Shown here in pieces: positions 1-7,761 of a DNA stretch of 24,807 nucleotides. The translations under genes were made by a program, and so were the position numbers. The stretch lies in the IMG/VR virus record IMGVR_UViG_3300021962_000611, positions 1-24,807 of that record, one strand, 5' to 3'. The number at the start of each line of letters is the position of its first letter. The first letter of the stretch is position 1. The stretch comes from a virus. Taxonomy: Duplodnaviria; Caudoviricetes. The notes below the pieces were generated by a model. It was not told where the DNA came from. It ran no database searches and was given only the letters and a program-made list of their open reading frames with translations.

Positions 1-2
1 CA

Positions 3-308
3 ACAGTTTCAATAGATTTAAGTACTGCTACTGTATTTAATTTATCATTTACCGGAACAATTAGTAAATTTAACATTACCAACGTAAATACTGCTAAAGT
101 AAATTCATTTACTTTGATTAGTGCGCCTGGAGCCGGAGCTGCTACAATTGCATGGACTTTTCAAACCAACGGTCTGAATGAGGCAAATGTTAAATGGGCT
201 GGGTCTGCACCAACCGCTACAACCACGACAAACAGATGGGATATATTCTCATTTGTTTATAACGGGTCAGCTTGGTACGGATTCACCGGAGGATTAAACT
301 ACGTATAA
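3..308 (+). CDS. Tail fibre / virion structural protein, C-terminal part (5'-truncated by window)
   Basis: Frame is open from nt 3 (TVSIDLSTATVFNLSF...) to TAA at 308. Ends in VKWAGSAPT...WDIFSFV...WYG, a beta-rich C-terminal module typical of phage fibre proteins. Lies upstream of a fibre chaperone. Confidence 0.6.
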   Translation, partial: TVSIDLSTATVFNLSFTGTISKFNITNVNTAKVNSFTLISAPGAGAATIAWTFQTNGLNEANVKWAGSAPTATTTTNRWDIFSFVYNGSAWYGFTGGLNYV

Positions 309-319
309 TAAATAAAGTT

Positions 320-964
320 ATGTTATCAAATGCAAAATATCCATTAAGAGCAGCAAAAACAAAAGCTGTTAGTTATACCGCAATTAGATTTGAAGGGTAT
401 CACACTTATGTCGGCAATCCGCCACCTGGTACAAGTAATTGTATATATGAATGTTATTTATTTTCAAATAATGTTATTGAAATTAATTTTGGAAATTGGT
501 ATAATCCAATTACACAATCTGTTCGTGGTTTTTATACTGCAACAGGAACTCTATTAGCGGCGTATAATCCCGCGGCGACAACATCCTTTGTTTTTAGTCC
601 AAATTCAACCGCGACAAGTTATACTGTTAATTCATCAAATTCGTATGTTACTGGAGCCGTTGTTCCTAGACAAGCATTAGAAGGAGGCGATGGGGTTGCA
701 TCTCCTTGGCCACCTACTGGTTGGACTAGTATACAAAACGCGTTTGTTGATGATAACTATGTGTCACAAACGTTACAAAATAATATTTTGTTTAATAATG
801 TAAGTCAGGGAACAATATATATTGATAGTAATTTTTATATTACCTTTGGCAGCGGATTCAGCACGACGACTCCATCCGCATCAAATCCCAATATCGATAA
901 AATAATGATGAATTCAGGAGATAGGAGTTCTCAAAGAATTGCATATAAAAATGGGTCAAAATAA
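320..964 (+). CDS. Virion/tail-fibre-associated protein with nidogen(NIDO)-like segments
   Basis: ATG at 320 follows the upstream stop (preferred over the 272 start). S/T/N/G-rich; contains DDNY...IYIDSNFYITFGSG motif. Confidence 0.5.
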   Translation: MLSNAKYPLRAAKTKAVSYTAIRFEGYHTYVGNPPPGTSNCIYECYLFSNNVIEINFGNWYNPITQSVRGFYTATGTLLAAYNPAATTSFVFSPNSTATSYTVNSSNSYVTGAVVPRQALEGGDGVASPWPPTGWTSIQNAFVDDNYVSQTLQNNILFNNVSQGTIYIDSNFYITFGSGFSTTTPSASNPNIDKIMMNSGDRSSQRIAYKNGSK

Positions 965-976
965 CAGTTTAATATT

Positions 977-1429
977 ATGAATTATAGAGTAGCAAAATTA
1001 ATAAACAATGTTTTCTTTATTGACGATATAAGAAGTTTTTATCCCAACGTTTCGTTTCCGTCGGAGGGGTTAACCAAAGAGATAATGGATGCGTTCGAAA
1101 CATATGAGGTAGTTGAAAGGATTCCGTGTTTAAATGTTGAAAAATTAATTGATATACCACCAACATTAAAAGAAGACGGAAAAGTTTATACCGTGCAAGT
1201 TGTGCAAAAAACAAAATCAGAAATAGATGATGAAAAATTTATAGAGGTTAGGAATATAAGAAACGAACTTCTGAACCAAAGTGACGTATATGTAATGATT
1301 GATAGATGGGAAACATATACAGATTCAAAAAAGAATGAATGGAGAACATATAGGCAATCTTTGAGGGATTTGCCCCAAACATATGCAAACAATATACATT
1401 CAGTTGTATACCCAACCAAGCCTGTTTAA
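977..1429 (+). CDS. Tail fibre assembly chaperone
   Basis: C-terminal VRNIRNELLNQSD...EWRTYRQSLRDLPQ...YPTKP matches the R..R..LL..SD / W..YRQ.LRD.P / P..P signature of phage tail-fibre assembly chaperones. Confidence 0.85.
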   Translation: MNYRVAKLINNVFFIDDIRSFYPNVSFPSEGLTKEIMDAFETYEVVERIPCLNVEKLIDIPPTLKEDGKVYTVQVVQKTKSEIDDEKFIEVRNIRNELLNQSDVYVMIDRWETYTDSKKNEWRTYRQSLRDLPQTYANNIHSVVYPTKPV

Positions 1430-2085
1430 ATATAAGTTTTGATTTTTTCGTGACCCACAACTATATTTGGGTCTATCATTACTTTATAACCAAGTCTGTT
1501 TACTTCTCTACACCAAGCTACATCTTCCATTGTGAAGTCTGTTGACCCTCTTATATTTACAAATTCGGGTCTAAACCACGGGTATTCCATACTTTCAAAT
1601 ACTCCTTTTTTAATCAGTATAAAACCAAATCCGGTGTATACTACGGGAAATAATTTGTTTTGTTTTTTGTGTGGTTCTAAATCATCAGGTGTCATAAAGT
1701 GGAAACTTCCATTTTGTTGGAAATGTTCTTCGTCCCAATCTTTAACAGTGGCGTATGCGGTTCCACCATCCATTAAATACAATCCGCTAACTATATCTTG
1801 TTTGTGGTCTAATAGTGTTTGAAATTGTTGTGGTGAGAATGCTATATCACTATCTATCCACATCATGTAGTCATAATCTAATCTCCCACTATACGGTTTT
1901 TGATTTTTACCAGCTAAAATATTTCCACCCAAACACATGTTCCTTGCATAATAGATATTGCAACTGTATTTTTGTGAGTAAATTACACTATGTCCTTGGT
2001 TATAACAATATCCCAATAAATTGGTCCAACATTGCAAGAACTGTCCGCTGAATTCTCTGCCGGGTAAACAAAACAAAATTTTCAT
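1426..2085 (-). CDS. Glycosyltransferase, GT-A fold (GT2-like)
   Basis: ARN motif, DYMMWIDSD (DxD), GFGFILIKKGVFE, MEDVAWC and VGHEK; this pattern is typical of phage GT2-like proteins. Confidence 0.8.
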   Translation of the reverse strand: MKILFCLPGREFSGQFLQCWTNLLGYCYNQGHSVIYSQKYSCNIYYARNMCLGGNILAGKNQKPYSGRLDYDYMMWIDSDIAFSPQQFQTLLDHKQDIVSGLYLMDGGTAYATVKDWDEEHFQQNGSFHFMTPDDLEPHKKQNKLFPVVYTGFGFILIKKGVFESMEYPWFRPEFVNIRGSTDFTMEDVAWCREVNRLGYKVMIDPNIVVGHEKIKTYI

Positions 2086-2156
2086 AATAAAATAATTAAT
2101 TTTTTAAATTCAATAATATATATTAGTGTTATAACCTAGAAAGGATATTTTAATAT

Positions 2157-2357
2157 ATGGAAAATCAGTTATCAAGACTTAGTATTACAGAGATTAAAGC
2201 ATTGGTTTATGATGAGTTGGCTAAGACAGAACAGTCCCAAGCCAATATTCGTATTCTCAATCAAGAATTGAGAAATAGGCTTCAACCTTCAGCTCCACCA
2301 CAAGATGGCGGACAATCAACAATTACTCCAGCTGACTACACCCCACCAGCTCTATAA
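2157..2357 (+). CDS. Hypothetical protein, short coiled coil
   Basis: 66 aa ORF with AGAAAGGA upstream; heptad-like ITEIKALVYDELAKTEQSQANIRILNQEL. Confidence 0.7.
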   Translation: MENQLSRLSITEIKALVYDELAKTEQSQANIRILNQELRNRLQPSAPPQDGGQSTITPADYTPPAL

Positions 2358-2359
2358 TT

Positions 2360-2638
2360 ATGTCAGAACCAATTAAACTAAAACAAGAAGAACTTGACGG
2401 ATTGAAACAAATTCAATCTAAGTATCAAGAAAAAATTTATCTCTTTGGACAGTTTTATTTGGAACGTGTTGCGCTTGATGAAAAAATCAAACAACTCGCT
2501 GATGCGGAAGCTAAGGCTCGTGAAGAATATGCAGACATCCAAAAAGATGAACAAAATTGGGTGAATAAAATTGCCGAATCATATGGCGATGGAAACCTAT
2601 CGCTTGCTGACGGAACTTTTATTCCTGCCAAAAAATAA
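2360..2638 (+). CDS. Hypothetical coiled-coil protein
   Basis: 92 aa, TAATTATG junction with previous gene, helical body ending YGDGNLSLADGTFIP, followed by a terminator. Confidence 0.75.
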   Translation: MSEPIKLKQEELDGLKQIQSKYQEKIYLFGQFYLERVALDEKIKQLADAEAKAREEYADIQKDEQNWVNKIAESYGDGNLSLADGTFIPAKK

Positions 2639-2658
2639 TCGTATTTTATAATTACACT

Positions 2659-2692
2659 AACCGCAGCATTCTTTATATGTTGCGGTTTTTTT
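2659..2692 (+). terminator. Rho-independent terminator
   Basis: AACCGCAGCA (2659-2668) pairs with TGTTGCGGTT (2678-2687, one G-U), followed by a T run. Confidence 0.8.
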
Positions 2693-2787
2693 ATTTATAA
2701 AAGCAATCGCAATTTATAATATATAACCGCAACAACCATAACTGAAGAATATTAACTACTATTAAACTAAGCGCTTATTGCGCTCTT

Positions 2788-2816
2788 ATATTATGGTTAT
2801 TATAATTCTTTGTCAA
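2788..2816 (-). promoter_or_regulatory. Sigma70-type promoter pointing leftward, no adjacent gene
   Basis: Minus strand reads TTGACA (2816-2811), 17 nt, TAATAT (2793-2788). Confidence 0.55.
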
Positions 2817-2833
2817 GATAAATAAATTCATAC

Positions 2834-2841
2834 TATTTATT
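2834..2841 (+). promoter_or_regulatory. Putative phage late-promoter motif TATTTAT
   Basis: TATTTATT ends 6 nt before the ATG at 2848; same motif recurs at 5728, 6337, 7740 and 17372. Confidence 0.5.
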
Positions 2842-2847
2842 ATATGT

Positions 2848-3480
2848 ATGATTAAATTAGAATCATTATTAAAAGAAATCCATGATGCCAATTTATTGGA
2901 ACAAGAAGAAATTATCACATTGTATCTTGATATGGATGGTGTTTTAGCTGACTTTGAATTACAATTCGAACAACTCACCAACGAAACTCCTGGTGTTTTT
3001 GAGAAGAAAAAAGGAACAAAAGCGATGTGGTCAACCATTTTTGCTGAAGGTGTCCCTTTTTGGAGTGAAATGCAACCAATGTCTGATTTTCATATTTTAA
3101 GAGACTATCTTGGCCAATTAAAAAATAACCCAAAAGTTAAAATTGAAGTTTTAACAAGCACCAGTGCGGAACAGATTCGTGTGAATTTCCCACAAACCGC
3201 ATCGAAAATTATTCATGATATAGAACTTGGGAAAACGATGTGGATTAAAAAATACCTCACAGAAACAAAAATAAACTTTGCGGTTTCAGGAACAGATAAA
3301 GCTAGATGGGCAACAAGTTCTACAATTTTATTAGATGATTTATATAAGAATGTAGAACAATTTATTGCCGCTGGCGGAGAAGGTATAGTATACAGAAATG
3401 CTGACCAAGCTAAAAAAGATATAGAAACTGCAGTAGGTGTAATAAAAGAAACACGCGGATATAGTTGGTCCAATATATGA
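2848..3480 (+). CDS. HAD-superfamily 5'(3')-deoxyribonucleotidase-like phosphatase
   Basis: Motif I LYLDMDGVLADF, motif II LTS, motif III K, motif IV ILLDD..KN...F..AGG.GI; extra N-terminal MIKLESLLKE leader. Confidence 0.85.
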   Translation: MIKLESLLKEIHDANLLEQEEIITLYLDMDGVLADFELQFEQLTNETPGVFEKKKGTKAMWSTIFAEGVPFWSEMQPMSDFHILRDYLGQLKNNPKVKIEVLTSTSAEQIRVNFPQTASKIIHDIELGKTMWIKKYLTETKINFAVSGTDKARWATSSTILLDDLYKNVEQFIAAGGEGIVYRNADQAKKDIETAVGVIKETRGYSWSNI

Positions 3481-4157
3481 AGTATAGAATATACAACACA
3501 CAACTAAATCCAGATATTTGGAATGGATTGGTTCTTAACAAAGAAGTTAAGGATAAATTAATTCAAGTCGCAAATGACTTTTATAAAGATACAGAATTAA
3601 CCGCACCAATAATTGATATTTTATTTGTTGGGAGTTTAGCTAATTATAACTGGTCTAATTATAGCGATTTTGACCTTCATCTTGTTATCAACTTTAAGAA
3701 TGTCGGGGAAAAGCCAGAATTGGTAGAAAAATACGTGAACCAATTAAAATCGGCATGGAACAAAGACCATGACATTCATATAAACGGATATAACGTAGAA
3801 GTATTTATACAAGATGTAACCAAACAAAACAGGTCAAGTGGTGTATATTCACTATTGACTGGTAATTGGGTATCCAAACCAAAATACGAAAACTTTAGTG
3901 TAGATAAAAATCTTATACAAAACAAATACACCGATGCGGTGTATAAGATAAACAGTGCTATTAAAGAATCCAATCTAGAACTATTAAAAACTACACTCAA
4001 AGATGTATATGATATGCGTCAAGCTGGTTTGGATAGAGGTGGAGAATTAAGCACGGAAAACTTAGTATTTAAAATATTGAGAAGTAGAGGTCATTTAGAA
4101 AAACTCAGAAATGCTATAACCTCCACCTATGATAAACAAATTTCAACGAATAAATGA
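3477..4157 (+). CDS. Pol-beta-superfamily nucleotidyltransferase
   Basis: GSLANYNWSNYSDFDLH (hG[GS]...DxD) and downstream VEVFIQD; ATGA overlap with the HAD gene stop places the start at 3477. Confidence 0.8.
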   Translation: MKYRIYNTQLNPDIWNGLVLNKEVKDKLIQVANDFYKDTELTAPIIDILFVGSLANYNWSNYSDFDLHLVINFKNVGEKPELVEKYVNQLKSAWNKDHDIHINGYNVEVFIQDVTKQNRSSGVYSLLTGNWVSKPKYENFSVDKNLIQNKYTDAVYKINSAIKESNLELLKTTLKDVYDMRQAGLDRGGELSTENLVFKILRSRGHLEKLRNAITSTYDKQISTNK

Positions 4158-5651
4158 TATAAAATATTTGGAATTGCCACAGTCCCATATTCTATCATAC
4201 CCGTTGTTTTTCATGTTTTCCCATTCACTTAAGGTTGAGTCATATATTTTCAATAATTTACTTAATTTGTGTTTCTGAAAACTCATTCTGTGACGTAAGT
4301 CTTTATAATTATTAATAATATAGTAATAATTTACAGGTGTAAAGTCCACAAAGTTAAACCCTAGTTTTTCATATATCTTACCACTAAAGTATCTTCTATC
4401 ACTATATGTAACTATATTATTGGGATTATAGTTGTTTATGAAGTAACTGAACAGTTTGCTAGCGGAACCATTAACTATAGTATTTATTTTGTTACAGAAC
4501 CGCACCAATTCCCATTCGCTTGTATTGTCAAATCTTGAGGTTTTTCTAAAAGTCATCACACTCACAAGTTCATCTTTATTAAACAAACCAATCTTCACAG
4601 ATGATTTATCTTCTCCTTGCAAATGATTGTCATTTAAAAATGAATTCTTCACTGATTCCTTTATTTCCGAAACCAAACAATCCCTTCCATTTATTTTAAC
4701 CACATCAGATGAATAATTGATAAAATTTCTAATAATTGACTTTACGATTTCTTTTTTGTTAATCCATTCATTTTCAAATATATGAATTAAATGTATGCCA
4801 TGATTCATACAACTTTTAGTTTTATTAAGATGATAGTGTTTATTTATACCGCCAGCACTTTCGCTGTGCCAATAAAGCCCGTTGATTTCAATTGCAAAAT
4901 TTTTTGACGGAACATAAAAATCCAGTTCTTTACCATTCAAAACAGTTCTGTCATTTCTTTTGATAATTTCTTCTTTTTTAAGAACTTCAATCAAAAATTT
5001 ATAAATTTCATTTTCTACGGTAGTAACCTTATCCGGATGACAATAATCACAAAAAATATTATTTAAGTTGTAAACCGTGCTTTCAAACGTTTTATTACAA
5101 ACTTTACAGTTAAAATTATACCTATTAGAAAAATGATAACCCTTATATTCATCGTATTCACATAACCACACCAAATCTGATTCTTCAAAATGTTTTTTCA
5201 AAAAAGCATAATGGTTTTCTTTCTTCGTATTTGAAGTTTGTTCTTTTACACTTTTAATTTTTTGTGAATTGTCAACTCCATATCGTTCAATCAATGTTGA
5301 TTTTATTTTTTTCAAATTTGTGTATTTCTCGTCACCATATCTCTCAAACTTGGTTTTCTTTACCTTTTCGTTATAATCACCATGTTTGCTATAATGTTCT
5401 ACACCATATTTTTCCAATAAAGACTTTTTAAGGTTTTCCTTGGTTTCAACTGTAGTCATTGGATGACCGCCATATTTCTCCAAACACGTTTGTTTTGTTT
5501 TGTTCATACGAAGTGCGTTAACATCAACATCATTTGTTGAACATTTTTTACTACAATATATCCTTTGACGAGAAACCCTACATTCAAATGATTTTTTACA
5601 AATTTTACATTCTACATTTAACCACCGTGAATTATCTCTTTTTCTTGGCAT
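4143..5651 (-). mobile_element. Free-standing Hef-like homing endonuclease (Vsr-like PD-(D/E)XK) with Zn ribbons and E(K/R)YG repeats
   Basis: CKIC...CSKKC and CKVC...CDYC; four E(K/R)YG repeats; ELDFYVPSKNFAIEINGLYWHSE nuclease core; C-terminal NHLQG...WELVRFC...YSDRRY...RIWDCG domain. Inverted relative to neighbours. Confidence 0.75.
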
Positions 5652-5671
5652 AAATATCCTTTGATTCGAAC

Positions 5672-5700
5672 ATTGTATAATTATTACAAAAAATCATCAA
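5672..5700 (-). promoter_or_regulatory. Sigma70-like promoter of the endonuclease gene
   Basis: Minus strand TTGATG (5700-5695), 17 nt, TACAAT (5677-5672); AAGGA just before the ATG. Confidence 0.45.
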
Positions 5701-5727
5701 AAAGTCAAAAAAATTTATTATTTCAAA

Positions 5728-5735
5728 TATTTATT
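5728..5735 (+). promoter_or_regulatory. Putative late-promoter motif TATTTAT before tail tube
   Basis: TATTTATT at 5728; AAGGAG Shine-Dalgarno before the ATG at 5785. Confidence 0.45.
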
Positions 5736-5784
5736 ATAAACACATAAACGTGTATAAATTTAAACAATAAAAGGAGACACTAAA

Positions 5785-6276
5785 ATGGCAGATCTACTAA
5801 ATAGCAACGAAATATTTTTTACGAATTTCGAGACAAAAACAAAGAATCGTTTCATTTTATATTGTGACGGTATACCTTCATTTCTTGTAAGAAAGGTAAA
5901 GAGACCAACCGTTAAGAGTGAAAAGAAGACTCTTGACCACATCAACATCCAACGTTATTACAAGGGTAAGACAACTTGGGATGATATTACGATGGAATTG
6001 TATGACCCAATCGTTCCTTCCGGCGCTCAAGCAGTAATGGAATGGGTTCGTTTGAGCCACGAATCTGTAACCGGCCGTGATGGTTATAGTGACTTCTATA
6101 AGAAAGATTTAACCATTAACGTTCTTGGTCCTGTGGGTGATAAGGTAGAAGAATGGACACTTAAGGGTGCATTTATTACCCAAGCCGATTTTGGCGAAGG
6201 CGACTGGACAGATAGTGGTGAACCACTTGTAATCGGCGTTACCCTTAGCGTTGATTATTGTATTCTCCAATACTAA
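5785..6276 (+). CDS. Tail tube protein (T4 gp19-like)
   Basis: 163 aa: NRF..., GKTTWDDITMELYD, V.EW, YKKDLTINVLGP.G..VEEWTLKGAF, final LSVDY; strong SD and own terminator. Confidence 0.9.
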   Translation: MADLLNSNEIFFTNFETKTKNRFILYCDGIPSFLVRKVKRPTVKSEKKTLDHINIQRYYKGKTTWDDITMELYDPIVPSGAQAVMEWVRLSHESVTGRDGYSDFYKKDLTINVLGPVGDKVEEWTLKGAFITQADFGEGDWTDSGEPLVIGVTLSVDYCILQY

Positions 6277-6296
6277 TATTAACATATTCCTTATTT

Positions 6297-6325
6297 ACCC
6301 CACCAACAAAAAGGTGGGGTTTTTT
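6297..6325 (+). terminator. Rho-independent terminator
   Basis: ACCCCACC (6297-6304) / GGTGGGGT (6313-6320) stem followed by TTTTT. Confidence 0.9.
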
Positions 6326-6349
6326 GTTTATATAGATATTTATTAACAT

Positions 6350-6643
6350 ATGAATAACGAGAACGTAAGATTGTTTGTTAGACGAATTCTTAAACAGTTA
6401 CAAGAAGGAGATGCGGCGGAAACTGCAGAAAAAGACGTAAAACGGGCTTTATTGAGACTCAGAAAAACGCAGTTGGATGCAGCGAATAAAAATTTGACAG
6501 ATAAAAAGAAAGAACAATCAGATGCAACAAAATCAAATGATCCAGATAAAAGAACTGCTGCTAAAAAAAATGTAGAAGATGCGGAAGCAGAAAAAAGAGA
6601 CGCCGCAGGTAATGTAATTGCTGCCAAAAACACTAGTTTTTAA
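6350..6643 (+). CDS. Small highly charged helical protein (possible internal virion protein)
   Basis: 97 aa, K/D/E/A-rich; TATTTATT just upstream; N-terminal VRLFVRRILKQLQE. Confidence 0.6.
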   Translation: MNNENVRLFVRRILKQLQEGDAAETAEKDVKRALLRLRKTQLDAANKNLTDKKKEQSDATKSNDPDKRTAAKKNVEDAEAEKRDAAGNVIAAKNTSF

Positions 6644-6700
6644 AATAAAATAATTTAAAATTTGGTTGGTTAAATATATATTGTTATATAATATAAAGTT

Positions 6701-7537
6701 ATGGATGAAAATTTAATGGTTCCAATTTCGAGACAATCTGCTGGATCGTCACAATCTCAATCTAAAAAAGAAACAACTTATCCAACTGAGTTGATTGATT
6801 TGCCAAGTAATGGATACTTTTATTCAAATGAAACACCGTTGTCTGAAGGTCATATTGAGATGAAATTGATGACTGCCAAAGAAGAAGATATTTTGATGAA
6901 TCAAAACCTCATCAAAAAGGGTGTTGTGTTGGATACTCTTCTTGAAGCTCTAATTGTAAATAAAAATGTAAAAATAAACGATTTACTGTTGTGTGATAAG
7001 AATGCTTTATATATTGCTGCAAGAAGACTTGCATATGGCGATAATTACGGTCCCCTTGACATTAAATGTAATAAATGTGGTGAAAAAAATGAAAAAACTG
7101 TAAACTTGAATGAGATTAAAATCAAAGAATTAGATTACTCAAAATACACAAAGGGAGAGAATAGATTTGAATTTGTTTTGCCTTACAGTAAAAGAACTGT
7201 AACATTTAAACTATTAACTCATTTTGACGATAAACAAATTGATGCTGAATTAAAAACAGCGGCCAAATTGTTTAAAAATAACGGATCTTCTGAATTAACC
7301 ACCAGATTAAAGTTCATGATTACATCAGTTGACGGTAATACTGATAAAGCAGAAATTAGGAAATTCGTTGAAAATGAATTGACATCAAGAGATAGTTTAT
7401 CTTTCAGAACATATATGAAAGAAGTAACTCCTGATATAGATTCATCTTTTAATTTTGTATGTGAACATTGTGCTAATGAAGAAAGGATGGGTATACCGAT
7501 TACGGTATCCTTTTTTTGGCCTAACACCGACGTATAA
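6701..7537 (+). CDS. Baseplate hub / tail assembly chaperone (T4 gp26-like)
   Basis: IDLPSNG, MTAKEEDIL, D...LYIAAR..AYG..Y, two CxxC (CNKC, CEHC), FVLPYS, ends SFFWP; located between tube and tape measure genes. Confidence 0.75.
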   Translation: MDENLMVPISRQSAGSSQSQSKKETTYPTELIDLPSNGYFYSNETPLSEGHIEMKLMTAKEEDILMNQNLIKKGVVLDTLLEALIVNKNVKINDLLLCDKNALYIAARRLAYGDNYGPLDIKCNKCGEKNEKTVNLNEIKIKELDYSKYTKGENRFEFVLPYSKRTVTFKLLTHFDDKQIDAELKTAAKLFKNNGSSELTTRLKFMITSVDGNTDKAEIRKFVENELTSRDSLSFRTYMKEVTPDIDSSFNFVCEHCANEERMGIPITVSFFWPNTDV

Positions 7538-7730
7538 AGTTCAATTACACGAACAAATATTCAGTTTGGCATATTATAGCGAAGGGGCATTCACTCAAGA
7601 TATCGCATATAACCTTCCTGTTCATTTAAGAACTTTCTATTTGAATTTGTTGATAAAAACAAAAGAAAAAGAAAGTGAACAAATGGATAAAGCATCTTCA
7701 TCTTCTTCTAAAATAAGACCAAAAAGATAA
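7512..7730 (+). CDS. Tail assembly chaperone C-terminal extension, probably reached by frameshift
   Basis: FFGLTPTYKVQLHEQIFSLAYY...YNLPVHLRTFYLNLL in the +1 frame, starting in the T7 run at 7511-7517, directly before the tape measure gene; only weak overlapping starts (TTG 7455, ATG 7476). Confidence 0.6.
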   Translation, partial: FFGLTPTYKVQLHEQIFSLAYYSEGAFTQDIAYNLPVHLRTFYLNLLIKTKEKESEQMDKASSSSSKIRPKR

Positions 7731-7761
7731 TTATCCATATATTTATATTATGTATTAATAT

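Noticed and set aside
272-319. Track start at 272 for the 230-aa ORF
   Set aside because: Overlaps the upstream gene; the ATG at 320 follows the stop and fits the local pattern.
5753-5760. TATAAATT, a near match to the T4 late promoter, before the tube gene
   Set aside because: One mismatch and not seen before the other structural genes; TATTTAT is the recurring motif.
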